A model generated the notes under the pieces. That model was not told where the DNA came from. It did no database searches and was given only the letters and a program-made list of their open reading frames with translations. Source: the human T2T-CHM13v2.0 reference genome, Homo sapiens. Taken from it: a stretch of 64,000 nucleotides of DNA. Shown here piece by piece: positions 27,999 through 42,070 of the stretch; positions within the stretch are counted from its first letter, which is position 1; the number at the start of each line of letters is the position of its first letter. Both the position numbers and the translations under genes were made by a program. The stretch lies in the NCBI RefSeq assembly GCF_009914755.1, contig NC_060938.1; one strand, 5' to 3'.

Positions 27999-28549
27999 AA
28001 AAGAAAGATCTGAAAAAAATACAACATAATGTTGGGGTTTGAAAAAGCTGAATGGCGCATACACACTGCTCATCATGTTATTCCCAATCCTTATCTACCT
28101 GAAATATTATACAATTTTAAAAGCGTTAAAAGAATAGAAAGAAAAAATATTCACTAAAGTTGAGAGGTTTCTCGGTATTATTTTAAATAAATCTTGCTGG
28201 ATCACAATGGTTTCATGGGAGATACAGAATATCTGTGTCATAAAGTCACATGGAAACATGAAAAATTACATAACTGGCTAAGGAGTTTTCACTTAATCAG
28301 ATCAGCTAATGAGGCTGCTTTTGGGGTCTTGAGCAGGGGGTTATATGAGTGCTTCTACGCTGTAAGAAGATGAGTCTAGCTGGGTTGTGTGGGGAGGTAC
28401 AGAGGAAGCAGGAGGAAGTGGGGAGTTGGAAAGTCTTCCTAGTGAGCAGCCATGAAACCTCCAAGAGGCAGCAGCCATGAGAAGGAAAGTAAACAAGAGA
28501 TTTGCACAATCACATCCTATTTCACATTTAGACATCATTAATTAATTTG

Positions 28550-28930
28550 GAATCAATTCAATGAGGGCAATGGATAAGAGAGAGGAGTCAAAACTGGTTT
28601 CTGAATACAGCTGCCTAGATAATTATGGAAGCTGGTGTGATTAACCAAAGCAAAGACCTCAAAAATAGGAGGTGGCTGTGGGAGATTTTGATTTTGATTC
28701 TAGTGTTAACCATATTGCATTTGATGCACTAGTGGGACCTCCATGAAGAGAAAACAAGCAGGCAGTTGCACAGAGAAATCTGGAGTTTGATGAGGAGAGG
28801 TTAGGAGGATGTCTTGGGAAGTCAACTGCAGAGAGGTGGTAGGTGAAAACATGAGAATGCTAAGTTAGGAGCTTCAGACATGGTGGAAGACATGGAGCAG
28901 GAGCAGAGGAGAAAAACATGGGAGAATCAT
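28550..28930 (-). mobile_element. LINE-2 fragment
   Basis: gagagaggagtcaa...tgcatttgatgcactagtgggacctcca...caggcagttg...tctggagttt. Confidence 0.55.
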
Positions 28931-29128
28931 TAGGTTTTAAGCTCCATCCCCTCTTAGTGCACAGCAGGTTGGCCCCTGGCATCTCTTAGCCAGGACAGAC
29001 AATGAATGAAGGCATCAAGCATTGGTCTACTCCCTGTGTTCCCACTGCTGGCTCCATCTTGTATGGTAAGAACCTGAGGTGCATATGTGTGGACACCCCA
29101 CCCCTCATGTCCAAGCTCCATCCTTCCA

Positions 29129-29158
29129 ACACACACACACACACAGACACACACACAC
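29129..29158 (+). repeat. (CA)n, interrupted
   Basis: Direct reading; one G interruption. Confidence 0.9.
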
Positions 29159-29356
29159 CAGTCACCCCAGGCCACCTCTAAACCACCCCTCAGGAGGATG
29201 GATGAGGAAAGAGGCCTTCACAAGCCCTGGAAGAAGTACTATGGTCTTTTGGACAGGAATTCTGTAGTCCTAGGACTCACATTACAGGGCGATTGGGCAT
29301 GAGCTCTGGGTGGACACTTATTGCCACAAGCACCTTTTGCCCCATGGGTTAGAGTC

Positions 29357-30086
29357 TGTGATGGTTAACATTATGTGTTATCTTGAGTGGCCACAGAATG
29401 CCCAGATTAAACAGTCTTTCTGGGTGTGTCTGGGAGGGAGTTTCTGGATGAGGTCAGCATTTGAATGGGTGGACTCAGTAGCTTCCCCTCCCCGGCATGG
29501 GTAGGAATCATCCAAACCGTGAGGTCCTGAAGAGGACAAAAGGCAGAGGAGGAGGAATTTGCCCTTTTTTCCTGTCTGCTTACCTGGGACATCTCATCTT
29601 ATCTTCTCTGCTCCTCAGACTGGTATTTACACCATCAGCTCTCCCGGATCTCAGGCCTTCAGACTTGGACTGAATTATACATCAGCTTTCCTAGGTTTCC
29701 AACTTGCAGATGGAAGATCATGGGACTTTTCAGTCTCCACAATGGCTAACAAAGTGTGTGTGTGTGTGCCTGTGTGTGTGTGCACGTGCATGTGTACACA
29801 CACATATACTTATATATGTGTGTCACATATATATCACTGCGTGTATGTATATATATGTGTGTGTAGACACACAGGTTTTATATATATACTATATATATAT
29901 AATAACATATAAAATATATTTTTATGTATATTTTATAGAATACATTTTATATTTATATATTGCATATAAAATATATTTATGTGTATAAAATATACATGTA
30001 TACACACAGATTATATATATATGATATATATATGTATTATATATATAATCTGATTCTGTGTCTCTAGGGAACCCTGACTTAATACA
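29357..30086 (+). mobile_element. MLT2 (MLT2C-like) HERV-L solo LTR
   Basis: Starts tgtgatggttaacattatgtg, ends gaaccctgacttaataca; probable 5-bp TSD GAGTC / GGGTC. Confidence 0.88.
29754..30047. repeat. (TG)n/(TA)n low-complexity tract within MLT2
   Basis: ~290 bp of largely alternating purine-pyrimidine, AT-rich sequence. Confidence 0.9.
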
Positions 30087-32562
30087 GGGGTCCAAGCAGA
30101 CGAGGGTCCAAGCAGCATCCTCTAAAGCAGGCATCTGGAACAGACACCTATTTGCCCAGGTCTAAGGCTAGTACTCCTCCACAGCCAATGCAGTGCTACC
30201 TTCATAGACTGTGTCTATGCTGCATCTTATATCACTTTCAACCCTTCCGTTCCTGCTTGGGTCTGCAGGAACATAAGCTGGAGCTCTGGTGGGACAGTAG
30301 GAAAAGAATAGAGATTCCAGGGCACCAGTAACTCATTAACCCTCTATACTTCTCTGTAAGTGAAGGAGAATGAATATTTGTTGATCATTCACTCAATAGC
30401 ACTCTGGGCTTGGAAGGCAAAGGATAGTTCCCTCCTCTCAGGGCTAGTGCGAGACCTACAGCTAGTTTTCTCCAGGGGCCTCTTCCTCCATGGGAATCCC
30501 TGAGCTATTCTAAGCTAGCAGCTTCCCAGTCTTAGACATGAGCTTGCAGCCTACACAACAGAAGCTGGAGGTCTCAGTTCCAGACAGCCTAAAGTAAGCA
30601 ATAAAAACAACCAGAGTGTTTTTCAAATTAAAAATTTTTGATGAGTAACCAATACTTATTACTGGTTTAATATACTGTTTAGACTTAAGCAAGAAAATTC
30701 ACACCAAAAGGAAAACAGAAACATCTTTTCTATTCCATCACATGTCTTCGTAAAAGAATAAAATTAATGATCTTGGAAATGTATGTAAAAAAATAAAAAT
30801 ACACTAAACTTCTTTCCAAGAGTTATTTGTGGCTCAAGATACTAAAATTCTAATTTTTCTGTGCTGATGAAATGGAATATTTTCTCTATCATTATTCAAG
30901 TTTATGCTGCAATAGTAAGATACAGTATCTTACATTTTGAAGCTATGAGAAATTTTTTGGCAAAGACTCTTTGATGCAGATTATCCCACAACATAAATCA
31001 GAGCTGGTCAAACACACAAGAAACAGAGATGGCAATACAAGTAATTTTACAATTTGCTACACACAGTAGTAAGAAAAACAGGAAGTAGGTGTTTATTAGC
31101 AGTTCCAAATATACCAGCCAAAATACAACTCCCCATGGAGTCTGAGTTATACAAAATATAGCAAAGAACAGAATTCCTACGATTATAAAAGGGTAATTAA
31201 TCACAAGCAGTGTTCACAGACCAGTGACTTGGAAACTACCTTCTTATTGAAGATCTGGATCAAGAACAAACTTCAAAGCAAAATTAATTGATCTCAGATT
31301 CACTGCATCTGGCCAATAAACCCTCCCACGAAATGTCACTTTAAGCCCACTTGACAGTCTATCTTTATTACATAACAATTCTATATAGGGTGCATTAAAT
31401 AGTCATTTTTCACCTACTTGGCTAGTATATCATTGCCTGCCCATATAAGCTGTTCGTGTTAAGAACACCACCTCGCACTGATACTCTGTTAACTGCATTC
31501 ATAGGTCAGGCATATTGTTTAGGCTTGTTTCATAGGAACACACACTCCCCACGAAGCAGATTCACAAACTGGGAGGTCCCACTTCCTTGGACATCTAACA
31601 TAACCTAGTAACTTCTAAACCTTGTCTTGGATAGAGTAATCTCTTTAAATATATGTTCCAATAGTTTCTGAATTAGGACAAAGGACCTTTAATATTAGTG
31701 GTAGTGACTCAAAAATGCATATTTTAAAATACATGAAACATAAATATACTTTAATTTTTTCAGAAGTAATGTAAGAGGGTTAAATGCAAATTCTGATTTG
31801 GTCTCATCAACTATTAGCTTATAGCTGATAAGATTGTGAAATTATGATTAAAAGTCCTAGGAACTTCTGGCAATAATAATTATTTGTGACAGTGAATGTG
31901 AACAAATTTCTTAACTCTTCTGTGATTCAGTGTCTCCCCTATAAGCTAAAGAAATTTGATGTTTGGCTCAGCTACTTCAAAAACTCATTAGAATGACTGT
32001 AATGACTCAACTATTTGTAAACTACCATTAGGTCCTCTGATTGAAGCTACTTTGAAAATGCAAAGAATTAGCAAACTAAATTATTTGTTTCAGTCGTGGA
32101 AATGGAAGAAATCAAGTAAGGGAACCTATGTGGATATTTAATTGGACTGGTTTGCAGGCATCTTATATCAGTCTATGTGCTCTTAGGAGTTTAGACTTAC
32201 TAAGGAAAAGGATGAGAGTTCTTTGATAACAGCTCCATCACTAGAAGTGACAAATTAGCAATAGGCTAATTAGAGACAAATTTGCTCTTGTGCTCCAAGA
32301 TGCATGAGACCTTCATGCTTCTTCCCTGATATGTGAAGACCAACCTCAGGAAAAGCCAGGTGACCAGCTTATTATCAGTTGGCCTCACTGTTTTTGTGGT
32401 TGGCCTTTTGTAATCAGCATGACAGAAAAAAAAAATTAAGGGAGAAGAAAGTAATTAAAATTAAATTTGAAATTAAAAATTAAGGGAGAGAGAGGGAGAA
32501 AGGGAGGGAGGGGGAGAGGAACATGTTGACATAATTCTCCCTTCTCTGCTCAGACAGTCAAT

Positions 32563-32953
32563 AGGTGGTGTATCGGGATGGCTGTATGTTCACACAGATT
32601 GTTTCCTTCTCCAGGGTAAACAGCTTCCCATGTGACTAAGTTCTGGACAACAAAATGTGGCAGAAGCAAAGATTGCCACTCCTAGGCCTGGCTCCAAAAC
32701 ATGCCAATTAATCCTCCCTCTTTGTTTATCCCACCAGAGGGACCGCAGAGAAAGCCCAGGGAAGAGCCAAGGCCCTTGAGAGAAGGAGCTGGATCCCAGA
32801 ATCTATGGAATTGAAGGAGAGTCCCACAGAAGTTACCTTCTGAGCACGCAATGGACTTTGTGTAAGCAGAAGAATAAACTTTTACCATGGTAAGCCACTG
32901 AGATTTGGGGGTTTGTTTGTTATAGCATCATGTAGCCTACCATATCTAATATA
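32563..32953 (+). mobile_element. MLT1 (I/J-like) MaLR solo LTR
   Basis: ccatgtgactaagttctggacaac...aataaactttt...taagccactgagatttgggggtttgtttgttatagca. Confidence 0.75.
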
Positions 32954-33729
32954 GACCAGTAAAGATAGACTCACTCAAATCAGTTCTCTTCAGCCAATCA
33001 ACTCTAGGCTCCGAGGCATCTGGATAAGTTGGAAAAATGCCTTTCTTGTTCCCTCCCTTGTTTTTCTGGCACGTCAAACTTCCTGCTGACCAGCTCAACC
33101 GGTGGTGGCAGCCAGAGCCATAGCCTCCTCCTGGAACTTCTGAAATAAAGAAGGTCACAGATGTTCTCTGCAGGTCACACCCTGAAAATTTGCTCTATAC
33201 TGGCTGGGATGCAAGGCCCATTTTTTCTTATTTCCCAGAATGATATCAGGCCTCTGTTCTTCACCCCTCCATGAGTTATAATTAAATCTATTTATGCCCA
33301 ATGTGAGCAAGCCAAATCCAGAAGTCAGGGACTGCTGCCTGTTAGGATCATTCTCAGAGCATGGCCCAGTTGGTCCCCATGTTGATCACTGGACAGAAAG
33401 ACCCACATAAAAGTATTTTACACTTGCTTCATTCATTCAGATAAATTAAACACAAACAGTCACCCCAAGGAGATTTCTAGCATGCTGCAGCTAACGAAAG
33501 GACTCATGTACCTGCTCAGACAAGGCTACAGAAGGCCAAGCGAGACCCTCTGTACAGAGAACCTCATGACTTTGCCTTGCATCTCTCAACATCTAGCCTA
33601 GTCACAAAGTGATATAAACCAAAAGAATTCATGAATATTCATGAATATGTACTGAAAATAACTTTCCCACAATCATTTTTTTTGTCGAGGTGTTTCCCCC
33701 AATACAGCCTCTGTTGTTTTCAGCTATGC

Positions 33730-34085
33730 TAGAGCTGTAAACTAGCAGACTGGGGCCACATCTGGACCACAGATATGTTTGTCTGGTCCTCACAGTGTTT
33801 TAAAAATAGCAATAGCAACATAAAATTTTTAAATGACATTTTTTGGTAATGAGATTTCACACAAAAGTCTAGATTTCTGGCTCCTCTTACAAAATAGGAA
33901 GATTGAGCAATACTGGACCAATGTTCTCCTCCTGGTGATACTCCCTTGGAACTAAGTTTCTGCTGCCCCTTGAAAGGGGGCCCACACTGCTCCTTAGCCC
34001 CCAACTTGTACACCACTCACCACACTGGCCACTCTACTTGCCTGTATTTTCTGCCTGACCTGGAAGGCGTTTGACTTACTACTTG
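33730..34085. mobile_element. MER102 hAT-Charlie MITE
   Basis: ggccacatctggaccacagatatgtttg...gagatttcacacaaaagtctagatttctggctcctctt...ctgcccctt. Confidence 0.7.
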
Positions 34086-35185
34086 GACAATACTTTTATT
34101 CATTTATGCCGCATACTTTTTCTCATTGCTAGCTATGTCCCAAGTACTGCACTAGATATGAGTGGTCCTTTCTCAAAGGGACAAGCATTTAGAAGAACAA
34201 GGCATGAGCAGGAAAGGACCTTCTTTCATCATGAGTGGCCTCTGCCCTCTCTTCTGCTGGGCATGGAGTGGAAAAGCCTGGAAAGCAGGAAGTCTTCCAC
34301 TGGCCCTGGTTACTGTGTAGGTAGGCTTAGTAGCCTTGCTGTCACCAGGGTAGCAATCTCATCAAGGGAAGGGGCACTGAGCACATAGTCTCAACCTCCC
34401 CTTGCAAAACGTGGAGGAGTTCCTTTCTGGGCTTTGTCTGTGACTACTGCAATTCTCAGTCACCTTGGCTGGTGTCTGTGTTGGAAGGAAACTCCCCGAA
34501 GAATAGCAAACATCTTCAGTCTGACTCAAGCTTTGGCTCTCCTGATCTTCCCCCTGTACACTGTCCATTAAAGAAAACCTATGTGATAGGGTGTCTGAAG
34601 ATGGCACTTTGAATTCGAGGACCTGGACTGACCTTCTGTTGCTGAGGGTCACAGTCCCTGGGTTTCTTTTTGGTTTGTTCTTGGTTTATAATTTATGTTT
34701 TATTTTCTTGAAACCTTTTGTCTTTCTCCTTTTGTTTTCTTTTTCCTCCTCCTCCTTGTTATTATTGTTAAGTGGTTTTTAGCTTCTGAAGATAGAATTT
34801 CAATTGTTCTTATTTGCTAATTGATAACTGTTTCAATGCTTACATAGGAACTCCAGGAAGGTACGAATCATGTCTGTCTGGCCACTGCCTGACCCATAAT
34901 CGATGGGTCCTGTCCTACGTATGAGTGAAAAACATGAAGACCTAGTGGCATATTACAGTGAGAAATAAACTTCTTGTCAATATGTGGGGACATATAAGAG
35001 CACTTCCTTTTCTCCCTGTAAAGTCCGAAATACAAGCACATAGAGGTTTCATCGATGCTAGTCTACTTTTATGAGGCTCAAAATTTATGGTCTCTCACTT
35101 GCCCCAAGATTACCAAAATTCAGTATAAACTCACCTAGAAGCTGGTGCTGTGTCTGAGTTTCAGCATTTCCGATGAGACAGATAG

Positions 35186-36897
35186 GAGAACTACAAACCA
35201 CCACTCAAGGAAATAAGAGAGGACACAAACAAATGGAAAAATATTCCATGCTCATGGATAGGAAGAATCAATATCATGAAAATGGCCATACTGCCCGAAG
35301 TAATTTATAGGTACAATGCTATCCCCATCAAGCTACCATTGACTTTCTTCACAGAATTAGAAAAAAAACTGCTGTAATTTCATATGGAACCAAAAAAGAG
35401 CCCATATAGCCAAGACAATCCTAAGCAAAAAGAACAAAGCTGGAGGCATCACACTACCTGACTTCAAACTATACTACAAGGCTACAGTAACCAAAAGAGC
35501 ATGGTACTGGCACCAAAACAGATATACAGACCAATGGAACAGAACAGAAGCCTCAGAAATAACACCACACATCTACAACCATCTGATCTTTGACAAACCT
35601 GACAAAAACAAGCAATGGGGAAAGGATTCCCTATTTAATAAATGGTGTTAGGAAAACTGGCTAGCCATATACCGAAAACTGAAACTGGACCCCTTCCTTA
35701 CACCTTATACAAAAATTAACTCAAGATGGATTAAAGACTTAAATGTAAGACCTAAAACCATAAAAACCCTAGAAGAAAACCTAGGCAATACCATTCAGGA
35801 CATAGGCATGAGTAAAGACTTCATGACTACAAAACTAAAAGCAATGGCAACAAAAGCCAAAATTGACAATTGGGATCTAATTAAACTAAAGATCTTCTGC
35901 ACAGCAAAAGAAACTATCATCAGAGTGAACAGGCAACCTACAGAATGGGAGAAAAATTTTGCAATCTATCTATCTGACAAAGAGCTAATATCCAGAATCT
36001 ACAAAGAATTTAAACAAATTTACAAGGAAGAAACCAAACAGCCCCATAAAAAAGTGGAAGAAGGATATGAACAGATGCTTCTCAAAAGAAGACCTTAATG
36101 AAGCCAACAAACATATGAAAAAAAGCTCGTCATCACTGGTCATTAGAGAAATGCAAATCAAAACCACAATGAGTTACCATCTCACGCCAGTTAGAATGAT
36201 GATCATTAAAAAGTCAGGAAACAACAGATGCTGGAGAGGATGTGGAGAAATAGGAATGCTTTTACACTGTTGGTGGGAGTGTAAATTAGTTCCACCGTTG
36301 TGGAAGACAGTGTGGCCATTCCTCAAAGATCTAGAACTAGAAATACCATTTGACCCAGCAATCCCATTACTGGGTATATACCCAAAGGATTATAAATCAT
36401 TCTGCTATAAAGACACATGCACACGTATGTTTATTGTGGCACTGTTCACAATAGCAAAGACTTGGAACCAACCCAAATGCCCATCAGTGATAGACTGGAT
36501 AAAGAAAATGTGGCACATATACACCATGGAATACTATGCAGCCATAAAAAAGGATGAGTTCATGTCCTTTGCAGGGACATAGATGAAGCTGGAAACCATC
36601 ATTCTCAGCAAATTAGCACAGGAACAGAAAACCAAACACCACATGTTCTCACTCATAAGTGGGAGTTGAACAATGAGAACACATGGACACAGGGTGGGGA
36701 ACATCACACACTGGGGCCTGTTGTGGGGTGGGGGGCTAGGGGAGGGATAGCATTAGGATAAATACCTAATGTAGATGACGGGTTGATGGGTGCAGCAAAC
36801 CACCATGGCACGTGTGTACCTATGTAACAAACCTGCCCATTCTGCACATGTATCCCAGAACTTAAAGTATAATTAAAAATAAATAAATAAATAAAAA
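35186..36897 (+). mobile_element. 5'-truncated L1PA7/8-like element
   Basis: ORF2 C-terminal remnants (35808-36098, 36067-36582), 3' UTR gtagatgacgggttgatgggtgcagc and (TAAA)n tail. Confidence 0.95.
36067..36582 (+). pseudogene. L1 ORF2p C-terminal remnant (CWRGCGE...HCWWECKLV cysteine-rich domain)
   Basis: Translation matches L1 ORF2p C-terminus; upstream frameshift and premature TAG. Confidence 0.9.
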
Positions 36898-37119
36898 TTT
36901 TTATTTTTAAAACACTATTCTGAATGCTGTGGAGAATATATGGAGTTGGGTGTAAATGGAAGGCATGAGAAAGGATGTGGAAATGCTGGTTAGAAGGCTG
37001 TAATGGCAGTCCAGATGCTACTAACCCAGGTGTGGTTAAGAGTTAGCAAGAATTTTAAGTTTCCAAATCTACCCTTATCTTCTATTAAATGTATTTCCAT
37101 TAAATGTGCTTACTTTATT

Positions 37120-37173
37120 AAAAAAAGAAAAAAGAAGAAGAAGAAAGAAAGAAAGAAAGAAAAAGAAAAGAAA
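37120..37173 (+). repeat. A/GAA/GAAA purine microsatellite
   Basis: Direct reading. Confidence 0.85.
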
Positions 37174-40100
37174 TCATCTTGTGCACGTGAGGCCAGACTC
37201 TCGCTCTCCACAGCAAACTGCAAGCCCAAAATCCTTTTTCTCCTAACTTCATTCAAAAAAATAAAAAAGAAATTTGGAGGAGACTGGGTCTGTGTCTGAG
37301 TGTAACTTACTCCTATTTAGGAATTGAGCAATGTTCTCTCTGAGCCTCCTCACCTCAGTTGTGTTTTTATTAAGTGTGTGCCTCCAGAGAAATACTAGAT
37401 GTCTTTGCCTTTATTTTAGTGGTTTACATGATGCTGGGCTACGGGCAGGGAGGTGAACTCACTTGACCTCAGGCATCACGTGACTGATATTGCTTTGGTT
37501 CAATTGTTGTCTGGGAGGGATTAGGGATTGGGTGTGACATAACAATATTAATGAAAACAATGGCCATTTAGTTTATATAGATTCTTTCTTCCTGTGATTT
37601 CAAAGCAAATTTCAGGCTTAATACAAATGACATTGGAAAGGAACAAGTTGAAGACTTGGCAACGGTATCTTGCAAGAGAATTCATTCAGTAAGCACGCCC
37701 AAGCACCCACCACCCTCGGGATGTTGTGGTGCACGGAACAGTCACAGACCTGCCTTCTCAGGGCTCACCATTCTGTGTTCTTTCTGGTGACACTCACTTT
37801 TCCTACATTGGTTTTTTTTTTTCCCCAGTCAGGTATTATGAGTTTCGTACAACATCAGACTCAGCGATCTATATTCTTTAGTAGATCATTTCCAGTTTCC
37901 TCAACAGAGTTTGTCAGAGAAGCCTGGGTCTCAGCTCAACGAAGGCATGCTCTTGGAAAAAAAAAAAAAAAAATCAAATTAGTTCCAAAAAAAAAAAAAG
38001 TCTTTCGGGACCAGAGTCAGTCAATAATACTTAGTGGGGATGAGAGGGGCACATAGGGAAAGGGGTTACGTATTTACAAAGCCCTTTCTCTTATCAGGCA
38101 CTCAGTTAAGGACTGGGAGAGTCAGTCTGTGTAACGCTGAAGCCCACCCCGAGTGGGACCTTCCGGAACCACCCTCTGCCTAGTGCGATTACCTCACTTC
38201 CCTAGGATGTCTGCTCATTTGCTGTTCCCAGCATCATTTCTATATGAGCACCTTCCAGCCAAGTCAATTAAAAAAAAAAACAAAAAAACTCATTTCCCAT
38301 CTTTGAATGAATCCTGAGAACCATCAAATGCTAATGTTAAACACAGTGGAGCTGCAAATGTTTTAAGGGGGCAGATTGGGAAGTGAGGAAGTAAGGGTTA
38401 GCCATTAAGAGTAGACTCAGAAGTTGGGGGGTCATGACGACTTTGAGATGTGGCTCATTTACACAAACCAAAACACGAATCTGCTAAACACATCTGGGAG
38501 GAAAATAAGACGTGAAAGGCAGAGGAGGGCACAGAGAACAATAAAGGAGGGCTCTGTGGGTATTTTGCCCTTTCTGTTAGTTGAAAAGGGCACAAGTATG
38601 TAAAAATATATAACTCAAAGACCCCAAGAATTTGTTACCTTTAAGTTCAAGTGACCCTTCAACAGATTTTGCTGAGATTCTCTAAGGATTTATGCCTGTG
38701 CTCCACGAGGAACAAAAATGTTAATCCTGCTATATGAACCAGCGAAATATTTGTTAGGCATTTTCCTCCATAACTGACTTGTAGACACCCCACCTCCCCA
38801 TCCCAAGCCCCATTGTTTTTGCTTCTTTAGGCTTCTGCAGCCAAATATCTAGAGTCCCATCTCAAAACTCAGAGAGGAGTCCCCTCTCTAGTCTATATGT
38901 GGTCAGATCAACTATTTGGGAAAAAGTAATCACTTTTCAGAAATTCTCCACGTTTTAACCTATTATATTTAGAAAAGAGGCAATAAGAAAATTTCCAACA
39001 GCTCATGAGATCCAAACATTTTTCTTTCTTCACTGTTAAAGATTTATTTCAACCTGTTTTACGCAAAGATGAGTATTAAGAATCACAAAAACCCATCACT
39101 TCCTTAAATACCAAAAATTATTTTTCAATCCCCAACCTCCACTATGACATAATCTATATAAAAGGAAGGCAAGCCAAAGACATTCCAGAGGAAAAGTTAG
39201 CTCTGCACTTTTAATTATCTTCTGGTATTTCCTTTTTTTTTTCCCTTAAAAGGCTTAAATAAACTCACCAGTGTTTAATTTTTCTAGTGTTTCTCAAAAT
39301 TATTGCTACAGCTTATTAAAATTGGGTAACATAATTTCTGTTCCCAGTTCTTCTCTGTGTCATCCAAATCCAACAAGAAATAAATAGTGTTGCTCTGAAC
39401 AGAATTTTTTACAATGGATTGAATTTCATCTAAAAGCATGTAATTCTGCATAGCCAGAAGCAGTTTCTAATCTTTATATATAGGAACTTACAAGGGAAAG
39501 AATTCAAAGCCATGGGATTAAGTGAAAAATGTGAATGAAGAACCGCAAGCCCCTGCTCAGCTGACACCAGAAAAGCTCTGTAATGTTTTCTGAGTTAATC
39601 ATTGCTACGGGTGGGAAAAATTGTGGAATATGCCTAATAGGTCTTGTAGGTCATTATTTACTGAAATGCTACACTGGGTGGTTATTTCTTTTTAAATACT
39701 AATAACCTAGAAAGCCTGGCCTCATTCAGCAAGAGGGTCAGCACAGAGGCATCTGATTAGTGTCAAAAATGACTGCCTCTCTTTAGTAAAGGAATTTCCT
39801 AAAGGAAACATAATTCACAATGACAAATGTTGGCATTTTTAGAATTACAAACATTACCTACAACTTGAATTCAGGTTATGAACCCACTGGACAAAGTTCA
39901 GTGATTGTTTAGTAGCTAGCAGATGAGTTCCAGTTTAAAAAAAATGAGCACGTACGTAAAACTATAAATAAAGATAACAAAAGTCTCTAATACTCAAAGT
40001 GAAAAGCAGTTTTGAGTTGTTTCCCAGTGTATATCTGAACTGACTCTTTCGGCTGTACTTTCTCAAACTTAATGAAAACTGGTAGTAGAAGGAGGGAAAT

Positions 40101-42070
40101 GTCTGACACTGGCGAATAAAATTTTCCCATTCTAATTACTCATTTATTAAGCATATGAATTCAATTTCTTAGCTGCTTTTAGTTTGAGGGACATAAAAGT
40201 GTTGGTGTCCATTTCAAGATGATAAACTCGCCACTAATATGGTCACATGGCTGGGACCGGCTTGCTGCTCAACATTTTCTTCTTAAACAAAGACATACAC
40301 AATAAGAAAATTACTTTAAAAACCATTACTTATATGTTTATAATTAACTTATTAGTAGACGTTACTGAAGAAAGAAACCCTTTGAAGTTCTCCTCAAGCA
40401 TCTTTAGAGTCATCTGAGTGTCAACACACTCTATTTATGACACTCGTAATTTTAGAGGTACATTGTACACATGTAACATGCACAGGGTGTCTGCTGGCTT
40501 AAATACGTTCCTCTGGTAGATGATTATTTTACACATTGTCTGATATTGTAGATACAATGAACTATGTGGTTCAGAAAATTGTATGCATCTTTTTTTCTTA
40601 ATGTAAGAAAAATTTAAAATAGAACATATGAAATATTAATTGCAAACACAACACTTATAACTCCTATTTTATTATATATTGTGCATTTCTAATTGATATT
40701 TCAGCTAAAAAGCACCTTTGTGTGATATACTTTGTGCTCAGTATATTAATCAATTTTTATTTACTGTACAACTTCAAAACTATCTTAATATAATTTTTTT
40801 AACCAGAAAGGAATTTGAAATCTGAAAGATGGTTCTAAATATTTTATGTCTGCAACAATACAAAAGGGGAAGTTTTAATTCTTAAAACTCAAGAAACTAT
40901 TGTAACTGAAATGAGAAACAGATAGATACTGTACATCAAACTTGTTCTCACAGGTGTGCTTTCTTAATGTTAAAATACCCGTGTGAATTTTTAGTTTCCC
41001 ATAATGTAATGGGAGACAATAAATTCTGAAGTTACCCCATTTGCCTTTAGCCCTAACCACAGAAGAAGTAACCTCTTGTCTATTTAGATTTTCTGAGTAT
41101 ACCCACGTCCTTCTGTGTGTCATAGCAAAGCAAAGGTTTGTGTTGCGAGCCAGAGCTTATTGCAAGATCAAAGCTCTGGGCCACTCACAATAAAATAAGA
41201 GGGTAAAGCCCAAAGAATCAAAGAAACAAAGGAAACGTTTAGGAGATAAGGATCAGTCTCAGATATGACATTTCATCCAGATCAGATCCTGTGCAGAAGT
41301 TCAATTCAAAGTTCATAAGACAAAAATACAAAGCAATAAGTTTGAAGACTTGGTTGATTCCCTTTATCTGCATGTCACTGATTCTGATTTTATTTCCATT
41401 TTTTAGAATCGGAGAATGCCATTTGCTGAATAATGGAACTCATCTCATGTTTTAAAATCCTATGTGCATATAAGGTTGTGTGCAGATACAAGGTTATTTT
41501 TTTCATTGAAGTACCTCCAACCTAAAGCTCAGAAACAGGTGTGATATAGCACTCCTATAAAAGGTAAAAAAAAAAAGAGTTTAACTAAAATTCCATTCTC
41601 TGATTATTTTGCTCTATTGGGTTAATACTAATGGAAGTCTTTACAAAATGTTAAATACAATTTTTTAAGATAAATACAAAAATGACATATGCTTATGTCA
41701 AAATGACAAGTACTTAAATTTCAAATTTTCACAGGAAATAAAATATAGATAAATATGCTTTGGGAAGGTATTTCAAATACTGTATTATGTCAACTGATTT
41801 AATGGCTTACTGAATGAGTCACTTGAACACAGTTCTAAAGCATGTTAATTCTGTTCTAGAAGTTCAAAATATGTTTTTAGAATGTATAATTTTGATTATT
41901 TTACTGTATACCCAAATATTAAAATATTCTGAGCTGCATGTGAACAATAAAAAGTCATTTCACAAAATTTGGAAAAATCTTTCCAAGTCATTGTTTTTCA
42001 AGATTCTATATAGCTTTATGAAACAGAGTACTTCAATTATTTTTCATCTTACACAATTAAATCAACTTGA

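Noticed and set aside
32731-32744. CTCF-like CCACCAGAGGGACC (and near-matches at ~8980, ~58912)
   Set aside because: Mismatches in the core 3' positions; not supportable without ChIP data
34891-34909. Hairpin GACCCAT-aatcg-ATGGGTC
   Set aside because: A 7-bp stem is expected by chance; no RNA-gene context
35808-36582. L1 ORF2 ORFs as functional CDS (also 27185-27406, 45613-46152)
   Set aside because: 5'-truncated with frameshifts and stops; the 179-aa ORF is a chance Alu-unique-L1 read-through
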